Assembly (NCBI GenBank): GCA_965287045.1
Contig: OZ336878.1
Coordinates: 69,874,001 to 69,938,000 of the forward strand
DNA: 64,000 bases
Direction of reading: 5' to 3'
From: Carcharhinus amblyrhynchos
Lineage: Eukaryota
Both the position numbers and the translations under genes were made by a program. Below the pieces are notes generated by a model. That model did not search any database and had not been told where the DNA came from. It saw only the letters and a program-made list of their open reading frames with translations. This document shows positions 26,061 through 39,079 of this stretch, piece after piece (position 1 is the stretch's first letter; the number at the start of each line of letters is the position of its first letter).

Positions 26061-28594
26061 CACTTGTCTGATGCTGATGTTCTGCCCCAAGCACGTGCTT
26101 CAAATGCATAAAAAGCTTAGTTGGTCATGTGACTTTTCACCTGCTAGTATTTTTAAAAAAATTCTAATCACTCTGCAGATGAACTAATCAAGTTAATTTA
26201 GGAAAAATGCCAAGTGTTTTCCCAAACACACAACTTTCAAATGGTTCATTTCCCATTGTTGAACATTGTGAATGACCTTTGTAGATACTCTTAAGACAAA
26301 ATCCCTGGGGAAACCATTATTTGTAACAAAATTCATAGATTATTTGTTTTTGTAGTGGTGTAATTGGATTTGGCCAGCTTATAGATTTGAATTTCATCTG
26401 TCTTGAAGAAAACTTTGCTTTTTTATAAAGTCCAATATTTGGCTAAACAAATCTTCATAATGGGGATGATTTTAGTCAATTATGATTTTCTACTGTAAAA
26501 TGAATAATAGTCTGGATTTATTAGCCTTATATGTTCATTGTGAATTAAATACTATTTTTAAATTTGCAATTCAATAGCTCTAAAAGCAAAAATTAACTTG
26601 GGGCATTCATAAATTTTTGTATCCTACCTTGGTATCATTTGAACACATCTGTTAGTTCCTAGCATGCAGTCTGTGTGACAGGAATAATCATGCCACCAGC
26701 CATATGAAATATCTGCAGAAGCCAACTTTGTCCTGTTGCTTGAAGGATATCATGAGAAGCGGGGACAGAATGAAAACAGTTGGTGAATTTGATACAGTTC
26801 TAGAGTGGAACACCCTGTAAAAAGCAAATGCGTTGTATTCTGAACATTCTGACCAGAGGAAAGTAAATGATATCCAATTAAATTCCTACTGAAATATTTA
26901 TAGGGAGACCAGATAACAGATTGTTTTCATAATGTTATGAAAATATTTTGCCAGTGAAATATTAAATGGCAAGAATGACTGTTGCTACTTTCAGAGTGGA
27001 GAAAATATGTCCATTCACCACATTCCTTTGACAATGAATGATCTGTAATGAACAACCCTTCTAAGGGTAAGATCAAACAATTGAGCCCAGCATAATGTCA
27101 GCTTATGTTCCTCAGTAATAGTCTTGAGTTTAAAAGCAAGTTTACTGTGCAACTTTTTAATTTCATACCAATTTTATGAAACACTCTTCTGTGTCATGAC
27201 AAATTTTACACTTCTGAAGGCACTCTTGTTTTGTATTCCATAACCATCCTTGGCTTATTCGGTCATGTACAAAAGTTCATTATTTACACATGAGCCACAG
27301 CAGCTAGTGGGAGGCGGTTTGGCAGCTGTCGGGAATCTTGGTTGGCACAAACCTGGTTGTCATCAGCAACAGCTCATTTGAGAAGTTTGAGAGTTCAGTG
27401 CATTGGGGAGCCTGTATTAATAACTTAGTAATTTAAGAAAATGTTGGATGTAATTTTGCAACTGCAGATACCATGACTGAACTGCAGGTTAATGGATTGC
27501 ATGATACATTTACAGTCTGTCCTTTAGTCTCTGACCTAAGTTGAAACCAACCACAGTGTGCAATCTAATTTCATACCTCTACAGGGAAATAAAATGGAGG
27601 TTGTTGTAAGGTAAGATTGACCATAATTTAGTGCACAACACACTTTCAGTAAGGTCATAGGGATGGTTGGTGTGTGAAATTTAAAAAAAACTTGCATGAT
27701 GGCAGTAAAGGGAGCTTTTATTTTGCACCTGGCTGTACTGTACCTGAGCATGGATTAAGAGCCACTAGGGCTGCAGACAAAAGATAACAGATCAGCTCCT
27801 TTATAAGAGAAAATGTTCACCCAAAAATAACACTTTTAGAAAATGCCCTCTAAGCAGTTATATGGTACAAAAGATGTGTAAAAATATTGGTTGCAGCAGG
27901 CAGAGGGAATTAGGTGGGGAATCCAAAGGTTTTGTTTTGAGTTGATTCTCAAACATGGAGAGAGAAGTAGAATGATGTAGGGAAAACCCATTGTTTAAAG
28001 CTATGATGGTCACAGGCTTTTCTACCAGTGATGGAATGCAGGATTGGAGAAATGATCTGAAGGCTGAAATCTGAAGATCAATGGGTTTTAAAGCTAGAAA
28101 TGGTGAATACTTGAGTCTTACTGCAGAGTTGAGGACTGCGATAAGAATTTTAAATTGTAGTTTTGGAGCATAAAGCCAGTACAGCTATTGAGAAATGTTC
28201 TGGTGGTTTATCACATGGGACAAGGCACAGGTAACTTGAGTAAGCTTCCTTATGTTTCTATTTCAATAATCTGAAACCTGTAAAATAAAACTTTGCACTG
28301 CATGAAAGTCATTGCCACTGTCGAGAAAAGTTGGTCCATTTGAGAATTTGCCATCAGTATCCTAACTGCACCAAGCTCCATTCACCTGTTTTGACCTACA
28401 TTGGCTTTGTTAATTACAGCCTTTTAACAAAACTGTCCATCCTTGCTTTCCAATCTTTGCATTGCATTAATTTTAGTTTGATTATGCTTCTGTGAAATCC
28501 CTTTTTACTATGTTAACATAAATGAAATTACTATGGCAAAATAGGGGTTTAAGTGCATTTCTGTAAACGTATGTTATATTGTATCTAAAATATA

Positions 28595-29379
28595 GGGCCC
28601 AATTTTACCATCAGGTTGTGCCCATTTTCAGGCGCGAAAAGTTGATAAAGTTGGGTGTGAGGCAAATAGTGTGGTCTGCGACTGCCTCCCTGCCCATTCC
28701 CCCTTTACCAGGCACCTAAAATGGCTGCGATTGGGGGTGTGATAGCAATTTAAATGCATTTGCATGCATTTAAATTGATTTAATGGGCTGGACACCCCCC
28801 TCTTTACCACTGCGTTCACCTGTCCAGATTTGGTGCAAAACAGACATGGTTTGCAAAAGTTTGATTTGGGTGCTCCAGCTTCTGAGGAGGTGAGTTCAGA
28901 GCTTCCGACGGCTGACTCAAATTGGTCTTGGGCGGGGGTTGAGGGGAGGCAGGTCAGATTGCTGTCTGGTGGGGAGGGGATGGGGTCAGATGACTCCGGT
29001 GGGGGAAGGGGGGTCCGCTGCCACCCTGCGTGCGATCGGGGCAGGGAAAGGAGGACAGGGCCAGGTCGGTCTGGATAGCCGGGTGGGGGGGAGATAAAGG
29101 GGAACAGTTATGTTGTGGGGGTGGGACAATGTTTGTGGGGCTGGGAGGAGGCATCATCAGGCCTGGAAGCAATGTGGCGGGGAGCGTTTTTCTATTTTTT
29201 TTAACTGCGCATGTGCACTTGAAGATTCTGATTGGAGCAGCAGTGTTTCGGCCATGATTTGGAATCAGATTTTTTTTCAGTGTGTATGGGGGTACCAGAG
29301 AACAGGTCTAAAAGTCGCATGTGAAACACTCCCAGATTCAGCAGTTAGAATTAAAAATTAGAATGGTAAAATCAAGCCC
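28595..29379. mobile_element. Non-autonomous DNA transposon (PIF/Harbinger-like MITE)
   Basis: TIRs gggcccaattttaccat / atggtaaaatcaagccc (14 of 17 match); 3-bp ATA on both sides; GC-rich non-coding interior. Confidence 0.72.
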
Positions 29380-29404
29380 ATAGAATCAGATCAGATAAGA
29401 GCAT

Positions 29405-32350
29405 TTTTAATTAATTTGTTGGACGTGTGTGTCCCTGGCTGGCCAACATTTATTGCGTATCCCTTGTTTCCCTCTACGGTGGTGGTGAGCTGCTGCCTTG
29501 AAACCCTGTAGTCCACGTGCTGTGGGTTGACCCACAATGCCACTGGGGAGGGAATTCCAGGATTTTGACCCAGACGCTGCGAAGGATTGGCGATATATTT
29601 CCACATCTCTGGGGAAATCTGTGGGAAGGCATAGGAACTTCTGGTAGGTGGGACACTTTCAAAAGTCTGTTCACCAGGGTTCTGGGTAAGCACATTCCTC
29701 TTAGACTGAATGACAAAGCTGCCAGAAGCAGGGAACCCTGGATGACTCGGAATATTGAGGCCTTGGTCAAGAAAAAGAAAGAGGCACGGTGCCATTGACA
29801 CCTGGGATCAAGTGAATCCCTTGAAGAGTATGAGGGTTTAGAAGTAGAGTTGAGATCAATCAGGAGGGCAAAAAGGGGACATTGTTTTGGCAGCTAAGGC
29901 AAAGGAGAATCCAAGGGCTTCTACAAATACATGAAGGGCAAAAGAGAAACAAAGGAGAGAGTAGGGCCTCTTAAGGATCAACAAGGTCATCTATGTGCCG
30001 ATCCACAAGGGATGGGTGAGATCCTAAATGAATATTTTTCATCAGTATTTACTGTTGAGAAAAGCATGGACGTTAGGGAACTTGGGAAAATAAATAGTGA
30101 TGTCTTGGAGTGTACATATTATAGAGAAAGAAGTGTTGGAAGATTAAGGCGCATCAAGTTAGATAAATCCCCAGGACCTGATGAGGTGTATCCCAGAACA
30201 TTGTGGGAGGATAGGGAGGAAATTGTGGTCCCCGAGCAGAGACATTTGAATCATTGATAATCATGGGTGAGGTGCCTGAAGATTGGAGAGTGGCAAATGT
30301 TGTGCTTTTGTCTAAAAAGGGCTGCAGGTAAAAGCCTGGGAACTACAGGCCAGTGAGCCTCCCATCTCTGGTGGGTAAGTCGTTGGAAGGTATTTTGAAG
30401 ACAGAATCTACAGGCATTTAGAGACGCGAGGACTGATTAAGCACAGTCAGTATGGCATTGTGAATGGAAAATCATGTCTGTCAAGTTTTGATTGAGTTTT
30501 TTGAAGGGGTAACCAAGAAGGTAGATGAGGGCAGTGCAGTTGATGTTGTTTATACAGATTTTAGCAAGGCCTTTGACAAGGTACCACATGGTAGATTGTT
30601 GCATAAGGTTAAATCTCAAGGGATCCAGGACGAGGTATTGAGTGGATACAAAATTGTCTTCATGACAGAAGCCAGAGGGTGTTTGTGGAGGGTGTTTTTT
30701 TCCAACTGGAGGCCTGTGACCAGCAGTGTGCCTTGGATGAGTGCTGGATCCACTGTTGTTTGTCATGTATATTAGTGATTTGGATGAGAATATAGGAAGC
30801 ATGTTTATAAGTTTGCAGATTACACCAAAATTGGTGGCGTAATGGATGGTGAAGAAAGTTATCTCGGATTGCAACCGGATCTTGATCAGCTGGGTCAGTG
30901 GCCTGGGGAATGGCAGATGGAATTTAATTTAGATAAATGCGAGGTGATGCATTTTTAGATTGAACAAGGGCAGGACTTACTCAGTTAACGGTAGGACATT
31001 AGGGAGAGTTATAGAACAGAGATCTAGGAGTACATGTTCATAGCTTCTTGAAAGTGGAGTCACAAGTGGACAGAGTGGTGAAGAAGGCATTCAGCATGCT
31101 TGGTTTCTTTGGTCAGGACGTTGAATTCAGGAATTGGGATGTCTTGTTGAAGTTGTTCAAGACATTGGTAAGGCTACACTTGGAATACTGTGTACAGTTC
31201 TGGTCACCCTGTATAGAAAGGCTATTATTAAACTAGAAAGAGTGCGGAAGAGATTTACTAGGATGCTACCGGGACTTGATGATTTGAGTTATAAGGAGAA
31301 GCTGGATAGACTGGGACTTTTTTCTCTGGAGTGTAGAAGGCTGAGAGGTGAACTTATAGAGGTCTATAAAATAATGAGGGGCACAGATCAGCTAGATAGT
31401 CAATATCTTTCCCAAAGGTAGGGGAGTCTAAAACTGGAGAGCGTAGGTTTAAGGTGAGGGAAGAGATACAAAAGTGTCCAGAGCGGCACTTGTTTCACAG
31501 AGGCTGGTGAGTGCCTGGAACAAACTGCCAGAGGTCATAGTAGAGGCAGGTACAATTTTGTATTTGCAAAAGCATTTAGACAGTTACATGGATAAGATGG
31601 GTATAAAAGGATATGGGCCAAATGCAAGTAATTGGGATTAACTTAAGGGTTTTAAAAAAAAGGGTGGCATGGATAAGTTGGTCTGAAGGACCTGTTTCCA
31701 TGCTGTAAACCTCTCACTCTATGACCCTGTCAGGATGGTGAGTGGCTTGGAGGGAAAGCTGCAGGTGGTGGTGTTCCCAAGTATTTGCTGCCCTCATCCT
31801 TCTAGATGGAAGTGATATGGGTTTGGAAGGTGATCCCTAAGGATCTTTGGTGAATTTCTGCAGTGCATTTTGTAGATAGTACACACTGTTGCTGCTGAGT
31901 GTTGATGGCGGAGGGAGTGGATGTGGTGGTGATCAAGCAGGCTGCTTTGTCCTGGGTGATGTCAAGCTTCTTGAGGTGCACCCATCCAGACAAGTGGGAA
32001 GCATTCTGCCACACTCCTGATTTGTGCCTTGTAGGTGGTGGACAGGCTTTGGGGAGTTGGGAGGTGAGTTACACACTGCAATATTCTTAGCCTCTGACCT
32101 GCTCTTGTAGCACTGTTTGTGGCAAGTCCAGTGGAGTTTCTGGTCAATGGTAACCCCAATGACAGTTGGAGATGCAGTGATGGTAACACCATTGAATATC
32201 AAGGGGCAATGGTCTTACTGTTGATGGTCATTGATGGTAGTGTGAATGCTACTTGCCACTTGTCACCCAAGCTTGGATATTATCCATATCTTGTTGCATT
32301 TGAACATGAACTGCTTCAGTATCTAAGGAGTTGCAAATAGTGCTGAACGT
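29405..32350 (-). mobile_element. Antisense LINE 3' portion (CR1/L2 group), split by the CR1 insertion
   Basis: 29405-29602 continues at 31729; minus frame GQRLRILQCVTHL.TPQSLSTTYKAQIRSV; same family as the copies at 8.0, 11.3, 13.0, 57.1 and 62.8 kb. Confidence 0.85.
29603..31724 (+). mobile_element. 5'-truncated CR1-clade LINE (RT domain, decayed)
   Basis: DKSPGPDEVYPR, NYRPVSL, VDVVYTDFSKAFDKVPHGRLL, KFADYTK, LVRLHLEYCVQFWSP, LERVRKRFTRMLPG; 3' tail ending ctctatga; many frameshifts. Confidence 0.95.
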
Positions 32351-32838
32351 GACGGTGCATTGCTGTCAAGTTGTTGGTGGAGAAAGAATAGCAGAAATAT
32401 TAATGTTCTAAGAGAAAATATTTCAAAATGGAAACTTCAGATTGCATGTCTTCAAATAATGCTCTGCTTTTACAAATGTTATATTTAAAATGTCAGGTGA
32501 ACTGCTTTATTTTGCAAGATTTGCAGTATAATTGCCATAGTAGACGATGCATTTTCAAGCCAGCAGAAGTTTATTATAGCTTGTGTTCTGAATACCACTT
32601 GGATTTCACTGAAATTGTGTGCAGAGTTACATGACTTTTCAATGTGCATTTCCTCTAATCTTCCATCTTTTCAAGCATGGCATCCTGTTAAGAGGGAATG
32701 AAACAATCAGTCTGATTGAACCTTTCTGAACAAGAGACAGGGAGTCCAAACCAGGGAGCATGAAGCAGGAAATATAAATTCCATGTAAATGAACAGAAAG
32801 CAAAATATGGACAAAGAAATAAAGAAGAGGGTGATAAG

Positions 32839-33615
32839 ATGCTGCCATGGCTTTTCTATTCCAGAGCCTGGGCCTTGTGCTCAGGAATCACCACCCCAGG
32901 CCCTTATCAGAATTATATTAAGGTTCTCACTGTTGGATTAAAGACATATGAGTGTCCTCCCTGTTACGATGTGATCATTCCAGAGAAGCCAAAGTTGAAA
33001 TTTTTTAATATAAAGTCCCCAACTATAAGAAGCCCAGGCGCTGGGAGAAATCTGCAGACCAGCAACATGGGCTACTGCATTCACCAAGGTACCGTATGGC
33101 ATTGTAGCTTTTGAAGGTGGTTGTCTTCACTGGGGTCACTTTGAATTGATGCGCCTCACCATTAACTGACAGATGGACCCCAAAACCATATTTGCTTGCT
33201 GGTGTGTAAATTCTCCATTTAAACCCATCACATGCAAAGGATTAGGCCAGAGATTGGGTGGTGGCAAAGGAGCCATTGATCACTGTCACTCCGGTTAAGT
33301 ATGGCCGGATTATAATGGAATTTGGAGGAAAGTGTGCATTTGAGGAGGTGGAGCTGTTTCTATCATAAGTTGCCAAGAAACTGCGATTTCCTGTGAAGGC
33401 AATCAGCAAGAAACAGTTGGAGGAGCTGATGAAGGAAGATGAGCAGAAGGCCAAAAACAATCAATCCCTGGACATTTTGAAAGAATTGCAGCCATGAACG
33501 TGATGGGAATTCGCAAAGTGTTGAGCCCATTTGACTTAAAATTTCAGGGCAAATTCTTCGGAAAATCACACGTTCCTAATAGAGTGTGAAGAGTAAAAAA
33601 GTTTGGCAAAAAAAA
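32839..33615 (+). pseudogene. MRPL16: Processed pseudogene of mitochondrial ribosomal protein L16
   Basis: Intronless, disrupted frames reading [106 protein letters not shown] (stop at 33587-33589), then AGTAAA and an A8 tail. Confidence 0.93.
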
Positions 33616-34102
33616 GGCTGATGGAAGAGGCAAATTTCCAACACCAAATTTCATTTGAACAATAAGATTCTACACCTATAAAACTTTTTTCTAAGTCAGG
33701 AAGATTATTTAGTAATTTTTTGCTTGTTATGCTGTTTTAGAAGCTGTTTATCGTCCACTTTTTAGTGGAGAACTGATGGGTGGGTACATACTGTTGCAGT
33801 TGCTGATTCAACCAGACTGAAGCCACCTACCCTGTGGAGTAGCAGAGTATCTTTGACAGCATTTAACAGCTCGTGAATAGAAATTGCTGTGCAATTTGCA
33901 CTCCCCTCTCACCATAGCAAAAGTGCTGTGTTTGTTGTTATTAATGTAAAGCCTGAAACATATCAGAATTTTAAGGTCAATGCTGTTACAAAATGGCAAC
34001 TATGCAGTAAATTCACTGAAATGTATCATGTATACATCATCCACTTGGGGTCCTAACTAATCACTTAAATAATATTTGACCTTTACACTTCCTTTTATAC
34101 AG

Positions 34103-34245
34103 CATGTGAATTCTGAACAATCTGACTTTCCTGAATCTGGACTGGAACCTTCTGTAGGACTGGAGGAGCTTCCTCGTATAGCTGCTAGTACTGCTAATAC
34201 TTCCAGTTCGACTACCTCAGAGAACTCCTCATTCTTGCAAGATAG
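34103..34245 (+). CDS. SUCO: SUCO coding exon (~exon 4), GC donor
   Basis: ccttttatacag acceptor; HVNSEQSDFPES...NTSSSTTSENSSFLQD (cf. ENISSSSTSE); ag|gcaagt donor gives the phase 2 needed by the next exon. Confidence 0.78.
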
Positions 34246-34341
34246 GCAAGTATCCCACTCTAAATGTATTGTATGTTTATTAATAATGCAGGGCAAATTG
34301 CACTGGAACCATCTTGTTTAGAACTAAATCATAGATTTGAA

Positions 34342-34503
34342 TCATAAAATCCCTATAGTGCAGAAAGAGGCCATTCGGCGCATTGAATCTGCACTGACCA
34401 CAATCCCACCCAGGCCCTATTCCCATAACCCCACATATTTACCCTGCTAATCTCCTGACACTAAGGCCAATTTATCATGGCCAATCAACCAACATCTTTG
34501 ACT
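34342..34503 (-). mobile_element. HE1-type SINE, 3' half
   Basis: atagtgcagaaagaggccattcgg...ggccaatcaacc. Confidence 0.8.
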
Positions 34504-35394
34504 TTAAACTGCTAGGTATAGATATAACATTAGATACTATAAGAAGTGTTTAAATGTGATCACAATTCAACTCATTTTTTGAGAGTTAGATGACCAGAGA
34601 TTTGGAAATATAAATTTTTAAAATAAAAACCAACAACTGCGTTTTTTTTTTTGTTTTTATATAATGGTATTTGCATTTGATTTTAATCAAATTAATTTTT
34701 AATCAGTGATCTGACGACTTTCATTTGATCAATTTCCTTTTAAAATGTGAATAGCCAACATAATGTGAAGTTTCCTCTTAAATGTCTTTAAGAATTGTCA
34801 TGTGATCAAAGGTCAAATTGTCGACATTTCTTTGCAAAGTACAGACACACCAGTATGATGTAACGATTTAAGGCTATGAGAAGCAATCAGAATGAAAGCA
34901 AAAACCTGTACCCCTAAGATGGAGGTTATTTAAAAGATATTTTGGGCCCATGGTGGCATTCTGTAAAGAAAGCCATGCATTTGTATCCAAAATTAATTAA
35001 ACTGGAGGAGGTTAATGAAGACAGCTTATCTGTGAGAACTGAGAGATGAATGGTAAAGATCTGGGTTCGTGCCTTTATAATGTTATGGTGAAGTTCGGTT
35101 TACAATTGGGTTGGCTTTAAAATTTGCATGGTGGAATATATAAGGACTTGATTTTTCATCTGTTGAATTGTAAAGGGAGTATGAAAGCTACCATGAACTT
35201 TCACAACTTCCAACCGCATGTTAAATATTATTGACTCTGAAGTGGAGGCAACAGTAAAATATGAAAGATTTCTGTATTTGGTAAATTGTGTTCAAAGAAG
35301 GCAGTGGAATCTGAAATGATATTTAAGGAAAGGCATTGAGTTGATTTGAGGGGAAATGTGCGAGGAGAAGGAATGAAAGGTGTGAATTCGAAGC

Positions 35395-35778
35395 AGTCAA
35401 GCCAGAAAAGTCTTTGTTTTCAGAGTGGCAATTTGTTTCTGAGCCTTTCATTTAGATTTCCCCAAATATTGGACCGGTTGTATTGGATAACTTTGTCTTG
35501 GATAATGGGGAGTTGCCAAGAGGATTTGTTGATTTGTGTGTTTTGGCCAAGATGTTTTGTTTTTGGTGTTTGTTCTGATCTGTGTAACTTTAATCTCCAT
35601 GTGTGTAAATTTTTGTTGTGAATAAATCTTTTAAAACCCTGAAGGTGTGGTTGTGGTTCTGGGTTTATTTTCCTCCTTGCGTTCAAAGTATGCAAAAAGA
35701 ACATTTATGATCAAAAAGACAAATTTCTCTTTGGGATCTGGATTGCTTAGCAAATAATATCTGCTATGGTCATAGCAA
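35395..35778. mobile_element. Possible LTR remnant
   Basis: aataaa signal and an LTR-like terminus ...ggtcatagca; recognised by resemblance only, no paired copy in the window. Confidence 0.3.
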
Positions 35779-35954
35779 CCCTTCAATTTTAAAAACTTGA
35801 ATTTGGTTTCAATTGACAATAGCATTTAGCTTTGTATATGCATGGATTTTTTTTGTTTTAGGTTTCCAACTTAGAACAGTCAGGGCAGGTTGAAGGAAAG
35901 TTGTTTTTTGAGTGAAACAATGTGTTAAATAGTATCATTATTTCTTTCCCTTAG

Positions 35955-36086
35955 TGCAATAGAAAATTCCAGTGATGATATTCCTGTATTAAACTATGAG
36001 CAGTCAAAAGCTGACTGTGATGCTGGAGGGAAAAGTGAGGCTATTCCTCAAAGCAAGCCCTCCTCCTATGTTAGCCTACCTGAAGG
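35955..36086 (+). CDS. SUCO: SUCO coding exon (~exon 5)
   Basis: tttcccttag acceptor, gg|gtgagt donor; AIENSSDDIPVLNYEQSKADCDAGG...PSSYVSLPE (cf. EQSETDCDVG...PSFVSPP). Confidence 0.88.
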
Positions 36087-36277
36087 GTGAGTATCGAATG
36101 AGCCTCTACTTTCTCTGCTGTGCTGGATCTGCAGTGTCTCATTGCTTTCATGTTCTGCTTGCTTCTCATCATTATTATTATAAGCACCAAGCTCAGTATT
36201 ATAAAAGAAAACATAATTTAGCTAGAGTATTTTTTGGCATGCAGTATGGTGCATTTAGAGGTTTTTTAAACTTTTAG

Positions 36278-36458
36278 TCCTTCACAGAAACCTAGTGATG
36301 GTAGGGAAATTTCTTCGAATGGCAAAGAAAGCACACCTGAATCTGACCTTTCCAAAATTCCAAAGACAATCTTGCCTGAAGCTGATGAACAGAAGCTAGC
36401 AATAGAGGAGAAAATGTCTAATGCATCACAGGAATTGTTGAATGAAGAACTGGCAAAA
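36278..36458 (+). CDS. SUCO: SUCO coding exon (~exon 6)
   Basis: cttttag acceptor, aaa|gtaagt donor; 1+180 nt open frame PSQKPSDGREISSNGKE...LLNEELAK, phases fit neighbours. Confidence 0.82.
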
Positions 36459-38347
36459 GTAAGTATGAATGCCGTCTGACACTTTTTGGTAATGTTTGTC
36501 CATTTTGCATCTTCGGGATAGCCCAGTGCTCCTTGCAAAGAGCACTTGAAGCATTGGGCTGTCCCAAAGACTGCAAAATGGACAAACATTACCAAAATAC
36601 TATTGTCTATTAATTGAAAATACTGTTGTCTATGTTTGCAGTGGATGTGACATGTTAAGTACCCTTGTTTGTGTCTCCTTTTGTTTTATAAACCTAATGT
36701 AGAGCATCTGCGAAGTACTTGACATTTAATGCCAGCTTTCTTTCAGAAAGAAAGATGTACCCAGCACTCTCTGAAATCACTTCAGGGCAGTCCATTTATA
36801 CTGCTGCACTGGAGAAGTAAGCAGAACAGTCTATGCTGGCAATTAATCCTAATTTAACAGTAAAATCAATTACCAATATTAAATAAATGAAGACTGAGTG
36901 AAATTGGGTTCCCAATTAAAATATTTAATTGAAGAGAATTGCTATCTTTTCAGATATCTTTTCTCTTGGAGAGAGTCTGTAAGATTGTCAAGCTTGGGTA
37001 ATCTGAGCATACAATAGGGAAAAAATATGATTCAAGTTTTCATCTTCTAAGAAACAAAGAAATGAGAGTAGAGTTTCTGCTTGAGTGCTGTCAGTGAATC
37101 CATTGTGAATACAGTCTAAAATCCCTACCCTTTCCAGAAGTGTTCACCTCAGGTCCAATGTTTCCACCCAATTTTTTGCATATCACTGAATACAAAACCT
37201 GCTGGGAGCCAGTGAAAATGGGCAACATTTATTAAATATCTTTCAAGAAACAAAATTGCTTTAACAATATTCCCTGACATTTTTGGGACGGGTAACTTTG
37301 GTTATACAGCTGACGATAGATTTAGTACACACAGATAAGCACTTAGAATTATTTGCAGGTGTCATTTATTTTAAATTACCAAAAAATCTCCTGAACACAT
37401 TTTCTAGTCAAGTTGAGGTACAGTAGTGAGTTACTTTATCAATTCAAAATCATTTGAAACCTTCCTGTTTAGCCCTTATGCCCAAACAATCCAGATTTTG
37501 AAGCTTTCTTCAATCTCTGCCAGCAAGTGCAATTAGAAACTCCCAGTCATGGTGATTTGCCTTGGACGAGTAGCACATTTAGTTGGTGAGGCCTGCTTCT
37601 GTCCACGGCTGTCAAAGCTAGTACATAATTTTGTGAAAACTTGAGTTGCTCTCAACTGAGTTGTTGCTTAAAATTCCTCCATTGTTGGCACTGAGTACAC
37701 TAATGTCAGAGGAGTTATACAAAATAAAAATAATAGAATCGGTCAGAATCTTGAGCGCGTGGTGCTTTTGTTATCTTTAGGACTTAACGTTCTGATTTTT
37801 TTTTCCAAGTCCAACTTCCTAAATAGATGGGAGTGAATGACTGTAGGGAAATGATCCGATTCAGAAGCTCATTTGACAAGGAGTAATACTGTAATACTAG
37901 CTGTTTGCCACTTCAACTTTTTTCCCTTAATTGCTGTCTTCAGTTGTTACTGCATCATGCCATATTCAAGTTAGATTTTTAATCAACAAGGAGCTTTGGG
38001 GTTGAATAGGAAAGAGGAGTTAAGCTGCAATTTGATGAGCCATGATCTTATTGAATGTTGGGGAGAGTTTTGTTTCTCCAATTTAGGAATTTTTGGCTCA
38101 ACATTACAAAATGCTGCTCTGACTCGTGAGATTAAGATATTGAGACTGGAGTAAATAACTGACCATTGAATTAATGTATGCAACCTCATCAAAGTGTGCG
38201 AAAATACTAAATGTATTTTATCCTTCCTGGTCAATCACGTTTAACATTCTTGACTTTGCAACTGTATATCATTTATCATCAATGCCAAGTATTAACAGTA
38301 TTTAAATTCAAGCCTGTATGAACTAAATTTTTATTTGATCTGTGTAG

Positions 38348-38471
38348 GATACTGAAGTTTCAAGAGCAGTAGATACTGGTGACTCCTCCGTGATTCCATC
38401 CAAGGATTCAGGAGACATTCCCTCATTTGATGAATGGAAAAAGAAAGTTATGGAGGAAGAAAAGGAGAAAA
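38348..38471 (+). CDS. SUCO: SUCO coding exon (~exon 7)
   Basis: [41 protein letters not shown] contains the SUCO motif [14 protein letters not shown]; tgtag / a|gtaagc. Confidence 0.95.
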
Positions 38472-38957
38472 GTAAGCATTGGTGACGTGCTGGTCATTAA
38501 GAAATTTGTTTTTGAGATTGCCTGAAGAAATACTGTATAAAAGTATACGATCAGTAGAGACTCTGCAGTCTCATAGCTTAATCACTCACTCAGATATCTG
38601 ATTCTGTTAACTTTTTTTCCATAATATGCACTTTAGTGCCTCACAATGCAGTTGATCCTAAATTTCCAGCAATCTGTGTAAAGTAGTTATTGCACTTCTC
38701 TTACTCCCTTCTCTGGCTTGTGTCACAGTTTCCCATGTGGAAAAGTCTTGATTTTGCAGATCCTAGAAAGTTTAAAGGTGATGAACCATTTTGGATTATT
38801 ATTCTGCACTTTGGTATTTTAATGGTAGTTTTTTTGTCACTGGGATTCCTTTTCAGTTATGGAAATGAAAGGATCACTGGAATGTGGATGGAAAATGAGA
38901 ACTTGGGGTTAGGACTAATAGGAACAGTTTTTGGTAATGCAAATGACTTTCTTTCAG

Positions 38958-39079
38958 GCCAATCGTTGCATACTTCTAATGGTGTACTCCATTCTGCTAA
39001 AAAGCTCCAGAAAAACTTCAATAACTATGCCTCTGTAGAGTGTGGAGCCAAAATTCTGGCTGCAAATCCGGAAGCAAAG
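38958..39079 (+). CDS. SUCO: SUCO coding exon (~exon 8), start of SUN domain
   Basis: [40 protein letters not shown]; tttcag / aag|gtatta. Confidence 0.96.
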
